Positions 38,824 to 47,691 of a stretch of 64,000 nucleotides of DNA are shown here, one piece after another (positions within the stretch are counted from its first letter, which is position 1; each line of letters starts with the position of its first letter). Position numbers and translations under genes: made by a program. Origin of the DNA: Deferribacterales bacterium (GTDB taxonomy: Bacteria > Chrysiogenota > Deferribacteres > Deferribacterales > Geovibrionaceae). Where the stretch lies: contig JBFWMA010000008.1 in the NCBI GenBank assembly GCA_050251875.1, positions 1 to 64,000 on the forward strand, given 5' to 3'. Below the pieces are notes generated by a model. It did no database searches. It was not told the DNA's origin and was given only the letters and a program-made list of their open reading frames with translations.

Positions 38824-39996
38824 ATGAAAAAACTTTTTATATCAATAATATTATTTGTATTTATCATAAATATGTCCTCCTTCGCGGATGACACAAAGAA
38901 CGGCAGAAAACTTTTTCTGAAATCAGATATAACGCTGTCAGGCGATGACGAATTCAAAGAGGACGACAACAAAAATGTCGACCCCATGAACTGGAAAGAC
39001 GACACCCGCTTCTCCAGAACACCCAAACTCCCCCAGCAGGAACAGCCGAAACAGCCCCAGCAGACACAGCCGGCTGTGACAGCGCAGACAGGCGAAAAGA
39101 AATGCTACTATGTTACTTCTCAGGTAACCAGCATCAGAAGCACCCCCTCTTTTCTGGCGGACAGAATAGGCATCTATAAGTATGGTAACTATATCTGCGA
39201 GCAGAACAGAATGGGCGACTGGATCAATACCGGAACAGGATGGGTCAATACCAAATCCCTCTCCGCAAAAAATCCCGCCGAGACACCCGCTGTGAAAACA
39301 GAAAGCAAGCCCGCCGTTATGAAAACCGCACCAAAAGAAGAACCGAAACCTGTAACGGAAAAACCGAAAGAAACTCCTGTTCAGGCGCCTCAGCAGGCAA
39401 AGCAGGAACAAAAAGAACAGAAAAAACAGACACAGATCATAAAATACATCACCGGCGCTAAGGTAAACATACGCTCTAAGCCGGACACAGCTTCCGGTGT
39501 AGCCGGACAATATGTGAAAAACGAAAAGGTGGAGATTTTAGAAGTCACCACCGGATGGTTCAGAACAGATAAAGGCTGGGTCAGCGCCGAATATCTCTCC
39601 GACTCACCCGCCAGCGGTTCACCCGTTGCGGCAAAGCAGGAAAAACCGAAAATCATCAAATGTATGTATGTTTCCTACAAAAAAGCGAATATCAGGAAAG
39701 AAGCCGATAAAAGATCAAAAAATCTGGGCGATTATGACAACGGCGACAAAGTGTGCTTCTACGAGTTCAAAGGCGACTGGGGCAGAAGCGACAGAGGCTG
39801 GGTCAATCTCTATAACCTGAAAGACGTGAAATGTATGTCAGTCACTTCAAAAACGCTGAACGTGCGCAAGACAGCCTCAGCCAAGGCGAAGGTTGTTCAG
39901 GTGCTGAAAAAAGGTCAGCAGGTCTGCGAATATGACAGAAAGAACGGCTGGGTATACACGGGCAAAGGCTGGGTCAGCGGAAACTATCTGCGCTAG
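38824..39996 (+). CDS. Exported protein with four bacterial SH3 (SH3b) domains
   Basis: Four repeats of xN/SIR..W..T..GWVS. Confidence 0.85.
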   Translation: MKKLFISIILFVFIINMSSFADDTKNGRKLFLKSDITLSGDDEFKEDDNKNVDPMNWKDDTRFSRTPKLPQQEQPKQPQQTQPAVTAQTGEKKCYYVTSQVTSIRSTPSFLADRIGIYKYGNYICEQNRMGDWINTGTGWVNTKSLSAKNPAETPAVKTESKPAVMKTAPKEEPKPVTEKPKETPVQAPQQAKQEQKEQKKQTQIIKYITGAKVNIRSKPDTASGVAGQYVKNEKVEILEVTTGWFRTDKGWVSAEYLSDSPASGSPVAAKQEKPKIIKCMYVSYKKANIRKEADKRSKNLGDYDNGDKVCFYEFKGDWGRSDRGWVNLYNLKDVKCMSVTSKTLNVRKTASAKAKVVQVLKKGQQVCEYDRKNGWVYTGKGWVSGNYLR

Positions 39997-39997
39997 A

Positions 39998-40405
39998 TCA
40001 AAAACCTTCCAGAAGTTTTTCCAGCAGACGGCTGAGGTCTTTCCTCTCTTTTTCATCCATGGATGACGTTATCTCTTTTGTCAGGAGCAGGTGCATGTCG
40101 TCATGCGCCTCGAAAAGCTCTTTTCCGCTCGCAGTGAGCCCCACCAGAGTGGATCGTCTGTCCTGCTCGTTCGGTTTTCTCTCCACATATCCGGTCTTTT
40201 CCAGCTTATCTATATTGATAGTCATGGTTCCCGTGGTTATGCCCATCTTGGCGGCGAGCTCTTTCATCTTCATGTCGCCGTGAGCACCGAGCACCTCTAT
40301 GGTGTGTACCTGCTGAAGCGTAAGCCCTGTGCCACGCACCATGTCGTTTTCCCAAGATGACATCTTGTCATAAAACTCGACCAGAATTCTGGAAAGCTCT
40401 TTCAT
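39998..40405 (-). CDS. MarR family transcriptional regulator
   Basis: MKELA..GTMT..KLEK.GYVER..DRRS..LT..G. Confidence 0.92.
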   Translation of the reverse strand: MKELSRILVEFYDKMSSWENDMVRGTGLTLQQVHTIEVLGAHGDMKMKELAAKMGITTGTMTINIDKLEKTGYVERKPNEQDRRSTLVGLTASGKELFEAHDDMHLLLTKEITSSMDEKERKDLSRLLEKLLEGF

Positions 40406-40408
40406 ATC

Positions 40409-41047
40409 CTACCCCAGATACAGTGATAAGCCTCCGAAAACAACTGTGAGCGCTCCGGTGGAACGCATCAGAATATTTTCAATCTTGTGGCTATGCATTT
40501 TATGCACAAGTTCGCTTATCTTGTAAATGGCAAATATCACAGCGGAAACAGCCAGCCCTGTGGTGACGGCGTATGCGCCGAAGACGAAAACACCGTAAAT
40601 GGCGCTCTTGGCGTTCAGACCATATCCATACATCAGGCTGAGAGTGGGACAGGGAATTATCATGTTTACGAAGCCAATGGTAAAAAGCCCCGCCATGCCG
40701 GTTTTTCTGGGTTTTGATTCGCAGTGATCGTGGGAATGGAGCAGTGACGGTCTATACATCAGCACCAGACCCAGAACGATTATCACGCCGGCAACAGTGT
40801 ATTCCAGATATTTGAACACGCTCTCGGGAATCCTTCCGGATATAGCGCCTATAGCGTATCCCATCAGCAGACAGGCAAGAGCCGTCCCGCTGATGAACGA
40901 CAGGGTATAGGCGGCAACGCTCTTTCCGCTCTTATTCCCGGAAACAAATGGAGCAAGGACAACCCATGAGTGTCCGCACGGATTGACCCCGTGGATGAGC
41001 CCCAGCACCATAGATGAATTCAAAGCTATCAGAAACATATCGTTCAT
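40409..41047 (-). CDS. UreH/NicO/DsbD_2-like metal transport membrane protein
   Basis: LIHGVNPCGHSW, HSHDHC, IPCP. Confidence 0.7.
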   Translation of the reverse strand: MNDMFLIALNSSMVLGLIHGVNPCGHSWVVLAPFVSGNKSGKSVAAYTLSFISGTALACLLMGYAIGAISGRIPESVFKYLEYTVAGVIIVLGLVLMYRPSLLHSHDHCESKPRKTGMAGLFTIGFVNMIIPCPTLSLMYGYGLNAKSAIYGVFVFGAYAVTTGLAVSAVIFAIYKISELVHKMHSHKIENILMRSTGALTVVFGGLSLYLG

Positions 41048-41064
41048 ATCGCACCTCTGTTTGT

Positions 41065-41129
41065 TTTGACTATCAAGCTAAACATACACAGAGTTATTTC
41101 TATTGTCAAGTAATTTGATTATCAAGCTA
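41065..41129 (-). promoter_or_regulatory. Promoter (TTGACA-17-TATGTT) flanked by two 16-bp operator boxes
   Basis: TTTGAYTATCAAGCTA at 41065-41080 and 41114-41129. Confidence 0.65.
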
Positions 41130-41159
41130 TTTTTTAATGAAAAAGATGTAATATCTTTC

Positions 41160-41188
41160 TTGACATCTCCATGAGAAAACAGTATAAA
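41160..41188 (+). promoter_or_regulatory. Sigma-70 promoter of tRNA-Leu
   Basis: TTGACA-17 nt-TATAAA. Confidence 0.8.
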
Positions 41189-41198
41189 ACTCTTCCAC

Positions 41199-41283
41199 GC
41201 CGAAGTGGTGGAATTGGTAGACACGCAGGTTTCAGGTACCTGTGGGCGTCAAGCCTGTGGGGGTTCGAGTCCCCCCTTCGGCA
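41199..41283 (+). tRNA. tRNA-Leu(CAG), CCA not encoded
   Basis: GCCGAAG/CTTCGGC acceptor stem, CAGGT-TTCAGGT-ACCTG anticodon arm, long variable arm, GGTTCGAGTCC. Confidence 0.97.
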
Positions 41284-41290
41284 TACAAAG

Positions 41291-41319
41291 AAAAGGGATG
41301 CAAACGCATCCCTTTTTTT
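41291..41319 (+). terminator. tRNA terminator
   Basis: AAAAGGGATGC-AAAC-GCATCCCTTTTTTT. Confidence 0.85.
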
Positions 41320-41344
41320 GTTTCCTCCGGCGGGACGAGAACGA

Positions 41345-42312
41345 CTGCAAGCAGGCTCGCAATGACACCACCTTCCTGTCATAGCGAGGAGCAGAGCAAC
41401 GAAGCTATCTCATCCATACAGCACACCGTCACACTCAGCTTAACCTAATGAGATTGCCACGCCTGAAAGCAGGCTCGCAATGACACCCCCTTCCCGTCAT
41501 AGCGAGGAGCGGAGCAACGAAGCTATCTCATCCATACAGCACACCGACACACTCTGCCTAACCTAATTAGATTGCCACGCCTGAAAGCAGGCTCGCAATG
41601 ACACCCCCTTTTCGTCATAGCGAGGAGCAGAGCAACGAAGCTATCTCATCCATACAGCACACCGTCACACTCAGCTTAACCTGATGAGATTGCCACGCCT
41701 GCAAGCAGGCTCGCAATGACACCCCCTTACCGTCATAGCGAGAAACGAAGTGACGAAGCTATCTCATCCATACAGCACACCGATACACTCTGCCTAACCG
41801 AATGAGATTGCCACGCCTGAAAGCAGGCTCGCAATGACACCCCCTTTTCGTCATAGCGAGAAACGAAGTGACGAAGCTATCTCATCCATACAGCACACCG
41901 ACACACTCTGCCTAACCTAATGAGATTGCCACGCCTGAAAGCAGGCTCGCAATGACACCCCCTTACCGTCATAGCGAGAAACAAAGTGACGAAGCTATCT
42001 CATAAACACAGCACACTGCCACACTCGGCTTAACCAAATGAGATTGCCACGCCTGCAAGCAGGCTAGCAATGACACCCCACTTCCCGTCATAGCGAGAAA
42101 CGAAGTGACGAAGCTATCTCATCCATACAGCACACTGCCACACCCAGCTTAACCTAATGAGATTGCCACGCCTGCAAGCAGGCTCGCAATGACACCCCCT
42201 TTTCGTCATAGCTAGAAACGAAGTGACGAAGCTATCTCATCTATACAGCACACTTACACACACTGCTTAACCTAATGAGATTGCCACGCCTGAAGGCAGG
42301 CTCGCAATGACG
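41345..42312. repeat. Tandem array of 118-bp palindromic REP-doublet units (BIME/REPIN-like, CGTC family): 8 full units plus 1 half unit
   Basis: CT(C/A)GCAATGAC starts at 41356, 41474, 41592, 41710, 41828, 41946, 42064, 42183 and 42301. Confidence 0.92.
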
Positions 42313-42386
42313 TCCTATCGCCGTAACCGCTATTCCATCCCCTTTTCCTCTTGAATAACCGTCTGCGCAGGTCTACAATACCTATT

Positions 42387-43115
42387 ATGCTTGATTACTT
42401 TAACCGCTATAAACGTCAGATGATGATGAAAGGCTTCGGCAGAGAGAAGCAGGAGATACTGAAAAACTCCTCCGCCTTCGTGGGCGGCATAGGCGGGCTG
42501 GGCGGCGCCACGGCAGCGTATCTGGCCTCCGCCGGAATCGGTCGTCTGGTGATATCCCACTACGGCAATCTCACCGAAACCAATATGAACCGTCAGCTAC
42601 TGATGGACATAAACCGCATAGGCGAGCCCCGCATAGACATAGCGAGAGAAAATCTGCTGAAGATCAACCCTGACATGAAGCTGGAGATGCACAACGTCAG
42701 GCTGGATGATAAGACGGCTTACGATCTGATAAAAGACTGCGGAGTCGCTATATCCGCCCGCCCTAACTTTCCGGAGCGTCTGGCGATGAACGCCGCATGT
42801 GTCCGTCTGGGCGTGCCTATGATAGAGGCGGCGATGGACGACATGTCCGGCTACTATTTCAATATTTTTCCCCGCGAGACCCCCTGCCTCAGATGTCTGA
42901 TGTCTGAGAACAAAGAATGGCAGGAGTTGGGTTTCGGCGTTCTGGGCGCGGTCTCCGGCACAATAGGCTCACTGGCGGCTGTGGAGGCTGTGAAGATACT
43001 GACAGATTTCGGAAAACCTCTGAAAAACAAAATGATGCACATCGATTTTTCCACCATGCGAACCATCCTGATCACTCTGAAAAAAGACCCTGCCTGCCCT
43101 GTCTGCTCGATCTGA
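42387..43115 (+). CDS. HesA/MoeB/ThiF family adenylyltransferase (HesA-like)
   Basis: RYKRQMM, GIGGLGG, NMNRQ, NF.ER, EAAMD, PCLRC, GF.VLGAVSGT, CPVC. Confidence 0.85.
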   Translation: MLDYFNRYKRQMMMKGFGREKQEILKNSSAFVGGIGGLGGATAAYLASAGIGRLVISHYGNLTETNMNRQLLMDINRIGEPRIDIARENLLKINPDMKLEMHNVRLDDKTAYDLIKDCGVAISARPNFPERLAMNAACVRLGVPMIEAAMDDMSGYYFNIFPRETPCLRCLMSENKEWQELGFGVLGAVSGTIGSLAAVEAVKILTDFGKPLKNKMMHIDFSTMRTILITLKKDPACPVCSI

Positions 43116-43181
43116 CAAAAGTTCTGTTGTAAAATCATCAATATACTTTATCCTTGTATAAGAACACTCCGGAGGTCTTAT

Positions 43182-44591
43182 GTGAGAAGAACGAAAATAG
43201 TCGCCACAATCGGTCCATCGTCATCGGACAGAGAGACTCTCTCTGCTCTCATAGATTCGGGGCTCAATGTAGCCCGCCTCAACTTTTCTCACGGAACCCA
43301 CGAAAGCCACGGACAGATGATAGACTCCATCAGAGATCTGTCACAGAAAAAGAATAAGCCTGTCACAATCTTACAGGACTTATGCGGTCCGAAGATACGT
43401 CTGGGTATTCTGCCGCCGGAGGGAATAGAACTGCACACCGGAGAAACCTGTGTTCTCGCCTCCGAGGAGGACGCAGTGGACGGTGTTCTGCCTGTGCAAT
43501 ACCCCAACCTCGCCGAAGACCTGAAAATATCCGACAGAATCCTGCTGGCAGACGGCGCAATGGAGCTGGCGGTGGAAGCCATAGAGGGCAGAAACGTAAC
43601 CTGCCGTATACTGAACGGCGGCACGGCATACACCAAAAAGGGCGTGAACATGCCCTCCACAGACCTCAGCATAGTCGCCTTCACCGACAAGGACAGAGAC
43701 GACCTGATGTTCGGTCTGGAAAAAGGCGTGGACGCTGTGGCGCTCTCTTTTGTCCGGGGCGCTTCAGACCTGGTGAAGATACGCTCGATAATATCCAAAT
43801 CCGCCAACAAGCCCCTGCTGATAGCAAAAATAGAAAAACCGCAAGCTGTCAACAATATAGACGAAATACTCCCCATGGTGGATGGAATCATGGTAGCCAG
43901 AGGCGATCTGGGCGTGGAGATGCCGCTCTATGATGTGCCGATCATACAGAAACTGATAATCAAAAAAGCCCGGAAAATGGGCAAAATAATAATAACCGCC
44001 ACTCAGATGCTGAAAAGCATGGTAAACAACGTGCGCCCCACAAGGGCGGAATGCGCAGACGTGGCAAACGCCATGTTTGACGGCACCTGCGCCGTGATGC
44101 TGTCCGAGGAGACGGCTTCGGGAGAGTTTCCCGTGGAGGCTGTGCAGGTGATGGACAAGCTGGCTCTCGCCACAGAAGGACACATCAGCTATGAGATGGG
44201 TGTCAGGAGCGAGGAACACACCACGGACAAGAGCGTTTCGTGGGCGGTGGGACGCTCGGCGAGCTGGCTGGCGAGAGATCTGGAGGCGAAGGCGATAGTG
44301 GCGTATACCGAATCAGGTTTCACCGTATCCAGCGTTGCCCGGTTCCGCCCGCAATGCCCCATAATCGGTCTGACGCCTAACATCGGCACATTCAGAAAAC
44401 TCAGCATGTTCTGGGGTGTTGTTCCCGGACACTGCACAGGGTTCGCCGACATAGACGACCTCTTCGCCAATGCCGCTGAAGCCGCCGTGGCTATGGGGCT
44501 GGCTAAACAGGGCGACAGGATAATCATAACTGCCGGAACGCCTCTGGGCACCAGAGGATCGACTAATATCATCAAAGTATACGAGATATAG
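43182..44591 (+). CDS. pyk: Pyruvate kinase
   Basis: RRTKIVATIGP, RLNFSHG, AKIEK, MVARGDLG, TATQML. Confidence 0.97.
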   Translation: MRRTKIVATIGPSSSDRETLSALIDSGLNVARLNFSHGTHESHGQMIDSIRDLSQKKNKPVTILQDLCGPKIRLGILPPEGIELHTGETCVLASEEDAVDGVLPVQYPNLAEDLKISDRILLADGAMELAVEAIEGRNVTCRILNGGTAYTKKGVNMPSTDLSIVAFTDKDRDDLMFGLEKGVDAVALSFVRGASDLVKIRSIISKSANKPLLIAKIEKPQAVNNIDEILPMVDGIMVARGDLGVEMPLYDVPIIQKLIIKKARKMGKIIITATQMLKSMVNNVRPTRAECADVANAMFDGTCAVMLSEETASGEFPVEAVQVMDKLALATEGHISYEMGVRSEEHTTDKSVSWAVGRSASWLARDLEAKAIVAYTESGFTVSSVARFRPQCPIIGLTPNIGTFRKLSMFWGVVPGHCTGFADIDDLFANAAEAAVAMGLAKQGDRIIITAGTPLGTRGSTNIIKVYEI

Positions 44592-44599
44592 GGGGAGAG

Positions 44600-45013
44600 A
44601 TGGACGGACTGCACGAAGCGACCGGATCGTTGGCTGTGTGGCTGATGATCGCCGTGTCTGTTCTTGGACTGGCTCTGTTTAAGTTTAAATACGTCAGAAA
44701 CAGAGTAAATGTGAAAAGACAGCAGATTCACACATTTCACAAATACGCCGCTCTGGCGCTGTCGCCTGTGCTGATTCTGCATATCCTCACCACCGACAAC
44801 ACAAACGTGATGCTCTACACCGGGGCTTTTCTGGTTTTCGCAGTGCTGTTCACCGGGCTTCTGTTCCGGGTCAGGGATATCAAGTCAAAGTTCTTTAATA
44901 AACTGGTATATGTGAAGGTCGCCGTGCTGGTGGTCTCCCTTGTCTTTCTGACTGTGGGACACGACACGGCGGAAAAGAACCGTCACAACATCATAAAAAC
45001 ACTTCAGGATTAA
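44600..45013 (+). CDS. Hypothetical 4-TM membrane protein with several His residues (cytochrome b561-like?)
   Basis: Hydrophobic segments with His residues; GGGGAG RBS. Confidence 0.6.
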   Translation: MDGLHEATGSLAVWLMIAVSVLGLALFKFKYVRNRVNVKRQQIHTFHKYAALALSPVLILHILTTDNTNVMLYTGAFLVFAVLFTGLLFRVRDIKSKFFNKLVYVKVAVLVVSLVFLTVGHDTAEKNRHNIIKTLQD

Positions 45014-45040
45014 AAAAACCCCGCCTAAGCGGGGTTTTTT
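45012..45040. terminator. Bidirectional terminator
   Basis: A7-CCCCGC-CTAA-GCGGGG-T6. Confidence 0.88.
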
Positions 45041-45043
45041 ATG

Positions 45044-45382
45044 TTATTTAAGCTCCATCTGATAATTGTGACATTTATTGCAGTACAGCACCGAAGGCTC
45101 ATGAATCCTGTGGCACTCCGTGCAGTCCACCTCGCCCAGATGCGAATCGTGTGGGTTGATGGGGAGATCTTTGGTCGCCTCCGCCATACCCTCGAAACCG
45201 CCGTGGCAGTTCAGACACGCCTCAACATCCGCCGGCGAGTCCGGCGTCTCTGTCTGGTGACAATCCACACAGGCTATGGCGTTCTCCTTATGTTTTCCCC
45301 TCAGTTCCTGCGCCACAGCGGAAGATACAACTATCAGAATAATCAACATAACCGAAAAGATTATTGAATATCTGAGTTTCAT
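45044..45382 (-). CDS. Small tetraheme cytochrome c (flavocytochrome heme-domain type)
   Basis: Signal peptide; CVDCH, CLNCH, CTECH, CNKCH; NPHDSH. Confidence 0.92.
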   Translation of the reverse strand: MKLRYSIIFSVMLIILIVVSSAVAQELRGKHKENAIACVDCHQTETPDSPADVEACLNCHGGFEGMAEATKDLPINPHDSHLGEVDCTECHRIHEPSVLYCNKCHNYQMELK

Positions 45383-45387
45383 ATAGG

Positions 45388-46872
45388 CTAACCCTTCTCT
45401 GCTACCGCTTTTTTGGCTGCCAGTCTGCCGAATGTCAGACAGTCGGCAACGGCGTTTCCGCCCAGTCTGTTTGTTCCGTGGATACCTCCGGTCACCTCTC
45501 CGGCGGCGTACATGCGTTTAATCACTTTGCCTTCCAGGTCGATCACCTGTCCGTCAGTGTTGATGCGCAGACCGCCCATGGTGTGGTGGATGGCGGGCTG
45601 ACACGGAATAGCGTAAAACGGGGCTGTCAGAATCGGTATAGACACATCTTTTCTGTTGAAAACCGGGTCCTTGCCCTGTTTCACATATCCGTTGTACTCG
45701 TCCAGAGTCGCTTTCAGAACGCCGGCGTCCAGCTTGGCTTTGGCTGCCAGCTCTTCCAGAGTGTTCGCCTCATAAGCCAGACCCAGCTTGATATAGTCAG
45801 CTACCTTATTATCATAAGTCTCTTTACTGCCTATGAGTATGGCATATTTCTCCGGCTGTTCCAAAATGGCTGCGGAGACCACGTCTCTTCTGTCCAGATC
45901 CTGCACAAATCTTTTGGCGTTCACGTTAACCAGGATAAATCCTGTGCCACGCAGACCCTCTGTGATAAGGATATTTCCTTTGCCGCTTTCAGAGCGTGAG
46001 AGTGTGGGGTGAATCTGAATATAGTTGATGCCGGATGTGTCGGCTCCGCTCTCCATAGCGGCTATCATAGCCTCGCCCGTGGAGACGTCATCGAAGTTAG
46101 TTGTGGAATATCCCACCAGTGACGGGTCATATCTTTCCACCAGCTCTTTGCTGGAACCGAATCCGCCTGTGGCGATTATCACGGCTTTTTTCACTCTGAC
46201 GAATTTGATTTTGCCGTTCTGGTCTATTTTGAGCCCTTTCAGCTCTCTTGCGCCGTCTTTATCCATATCCACTACAAAGTCGAGCACTTTTGTTTTCTTT
46301 TTCAGCGGAATCTTGAGTTCCTTCACCTGATCGTACAACAGCTTAACGAGTCCGCCGCCGTATTCGTTGGAAACGGCGTGGGCTCTCTTCTTGCTGGCGC
46401 CGCCCAGAAAAACGACTTTAGGAAAAGGTGCTCCGAGAGATTTCAGCCATTCCACTGATTCTGTCACCTCATCGGTGAGCTTTTTCACCAGAACAGGGTC
46501 GTTTTTGTAGTCGCCGCCTTTCATGGTGTCTTTAAAGTGGATTTCGTGCGTATCGTCTTTGATTCCGAATTTATCGCGCTGAATAGTGGTTTCAGCGGCA
46601 TTGAGCCATGCTGTAGACAGTGAGGAGTTGCCTCCTATAAGACCTCTTTTTTCGAAGATGACAGGATTTCCGCCGTTCAGTTTAGCGTGGATAGCAGCAG
46701 TCAGACCCGCAAAACCTGTGCCGATAACCACTATATCCTGAGTGTCGTCCCATTTGATTTTTTCGCCGGGGCAAAGGATCTCAGCAGAAGCCGAAGAAGC
46801 TGAAAAAACGCCCGCGGTAACAGCGGAAGCCAGTGCTCCCTTCAAAAAATCACGTCTTTTAATGTCGCTCAT
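45388..46872 (-). CDS. Tat-exported flavocytochrome c flavin subunit, probable periplasmic fumarate reductase
   Basis: KRRDFLK Tat motif, GTGFAG, IQIHPT, TEGLRG, RRDVVS, HHTMGG, NRLGGNA. Confidence 0.88.
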   Translation of the reverse strand: MSDIKRRDFLKGALASAVTAGVFSASSASAEILCPGEKIKWDDTQDIVVIGTGFAGLTAAIHAKLNGGNPVIFEKRGLIGGNSSLSTAWLNAAETTIQRDKFGIKDDTHEIHFKDTMKGGDYKNDPVLVKKLTDEVTESVEWLKSLGAPFPKVVFLGGASKKRAHAVSNEYGGGLVKLLYDQVKELKIPLKKKTKVLDFVVDMDKDGARELKGLKIDQNGKIKFVRVKKAVIIATGGFGSSKELVERYDPSLVGYSTTNFDDVSTGEAMIAAMESGADTSGINYIQIHPTLSRSESGKGNILITEGLRGTGFILVNVNAKRFVQDLDRRDVVSAAILEQPEKYAILIGSKETYDNKVADYIKLGLAYEANTLEELAAKAKLDAGVLKATLDEYNGYVKQGKDPVFNRKDVSIPILTAPFYAIPCQPAIHHTMGGLRINTDGQVIDLEGKVIKRMYAAGEVTGGIHGTNRLGGNAVADCLTFGRLAAKKAVAEKG

Positions 46873-46997
46873 CTTGATCCTCCTTATGTCACGGTCAAGT
46901 GACCATAATTAAGGATGCACCCTGAAAAGCTCCACGTCAATAAAACAGGAATATTGTATTTTCTTTAGATTCTGCTCATTTTGATCACGGGATCACA

Positions 46998-47690
46998 TCA
47001 CCGCAAGTCATTGCGGTAAAAGATTCTTTCCGGACGTCCCACTGTGCCGTAATCTATGTCGGCATAAAGATATCCGGAAGAGAGCAGATATTCCAGATAG
47101 CGTCTGGCGGTATTCCGGCTCGCCTTTATCATCGAGCCCATCTCTTCGGCGGAAAAACCCTTTCCGGCGTTTTCATCGAACACGGCGCATATCTTTCTCA
47201 GCGTTATGGGGTCTATGCCTTTCGGCACGTTAGACTCGTCCGCCGTTTCGTGTCTGGGGGAGTGTATTATCTGATCTATCGTCTGCTGTTCCACCACAGA
47301 ATGTCTGGACAGCTCGGTTCTGTATGAATAGAATTTTTCCAGCGACGACTTAAACCTGTCGAATATCACAGGCTTGACTATATAGTCGAAAGCGCCGCCT
47401 CTGAGCGCCTCCTGAAGCGTGTTCACGTCCTTGGACGCTGTGATGAGGATTATATCCACAGAGATGCCTTTTTTCCGCATATTCCACAGCAGATCCATCC
47501 CGCTGCCCTCCGGAAAGAACAGATCCAGAAGCACCAGCTCCGGCTCCAGAATCTCCACCATCTCCTCGCCGTCTTTCAGCGTGTTTGCGATGCCCACCAC
47601 CTCAAAACCGCTCACTTTTTCCGTGAAGCGCCTGTGGAGTTCGGATATTTTTATGTCATCCTCAACTATGACCGTTTTAATCGTTTTCAT
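46998..47690 (-). CDS. CitB/DcuR-family response regulator
   Basis: Receiver domain plus SRNTARRYLEYL..YGTVGRPER. Confidence 0.92.
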   Translation of the reverse strand: MKTIKTVIVEDDIKISELHRRFTEKVSGFEVVGIANTLKDGEEMVEILEPELVLLDLFFPEGSGMDLLWNMRKKGISVDIILITASKDVNTLQEALRGGAFDYIVKPVIFDRFKSSLEKFYSYRTELSRHSVVEQQTIDQIIHSPRHETADESNVPKGIDPITLRKICAVFDENAGKGFSAEEMGSMIKASRNTARRYLEYLLSSGYLYADIDYGTVGRPERIFYRNDLR

Positions 47691-47691
47691 A

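Noticed and set aside
41134..41448. Short ORFs over tRNA-Leu and the array start
   Set aside because: Explained by the tRNA, its terminator and the repeat.
41345..42312. CRISPR array
   Set aside because: The intervening segments are near-identical rather than unique spacers, the period is 118 bp, and no cas genes are in the window.
41199..42312. Prophage or genomic island integrated at tRNA-Leu
   Set aside because: No integrase, and I saw no duplicated tRNA 3' end in the window.
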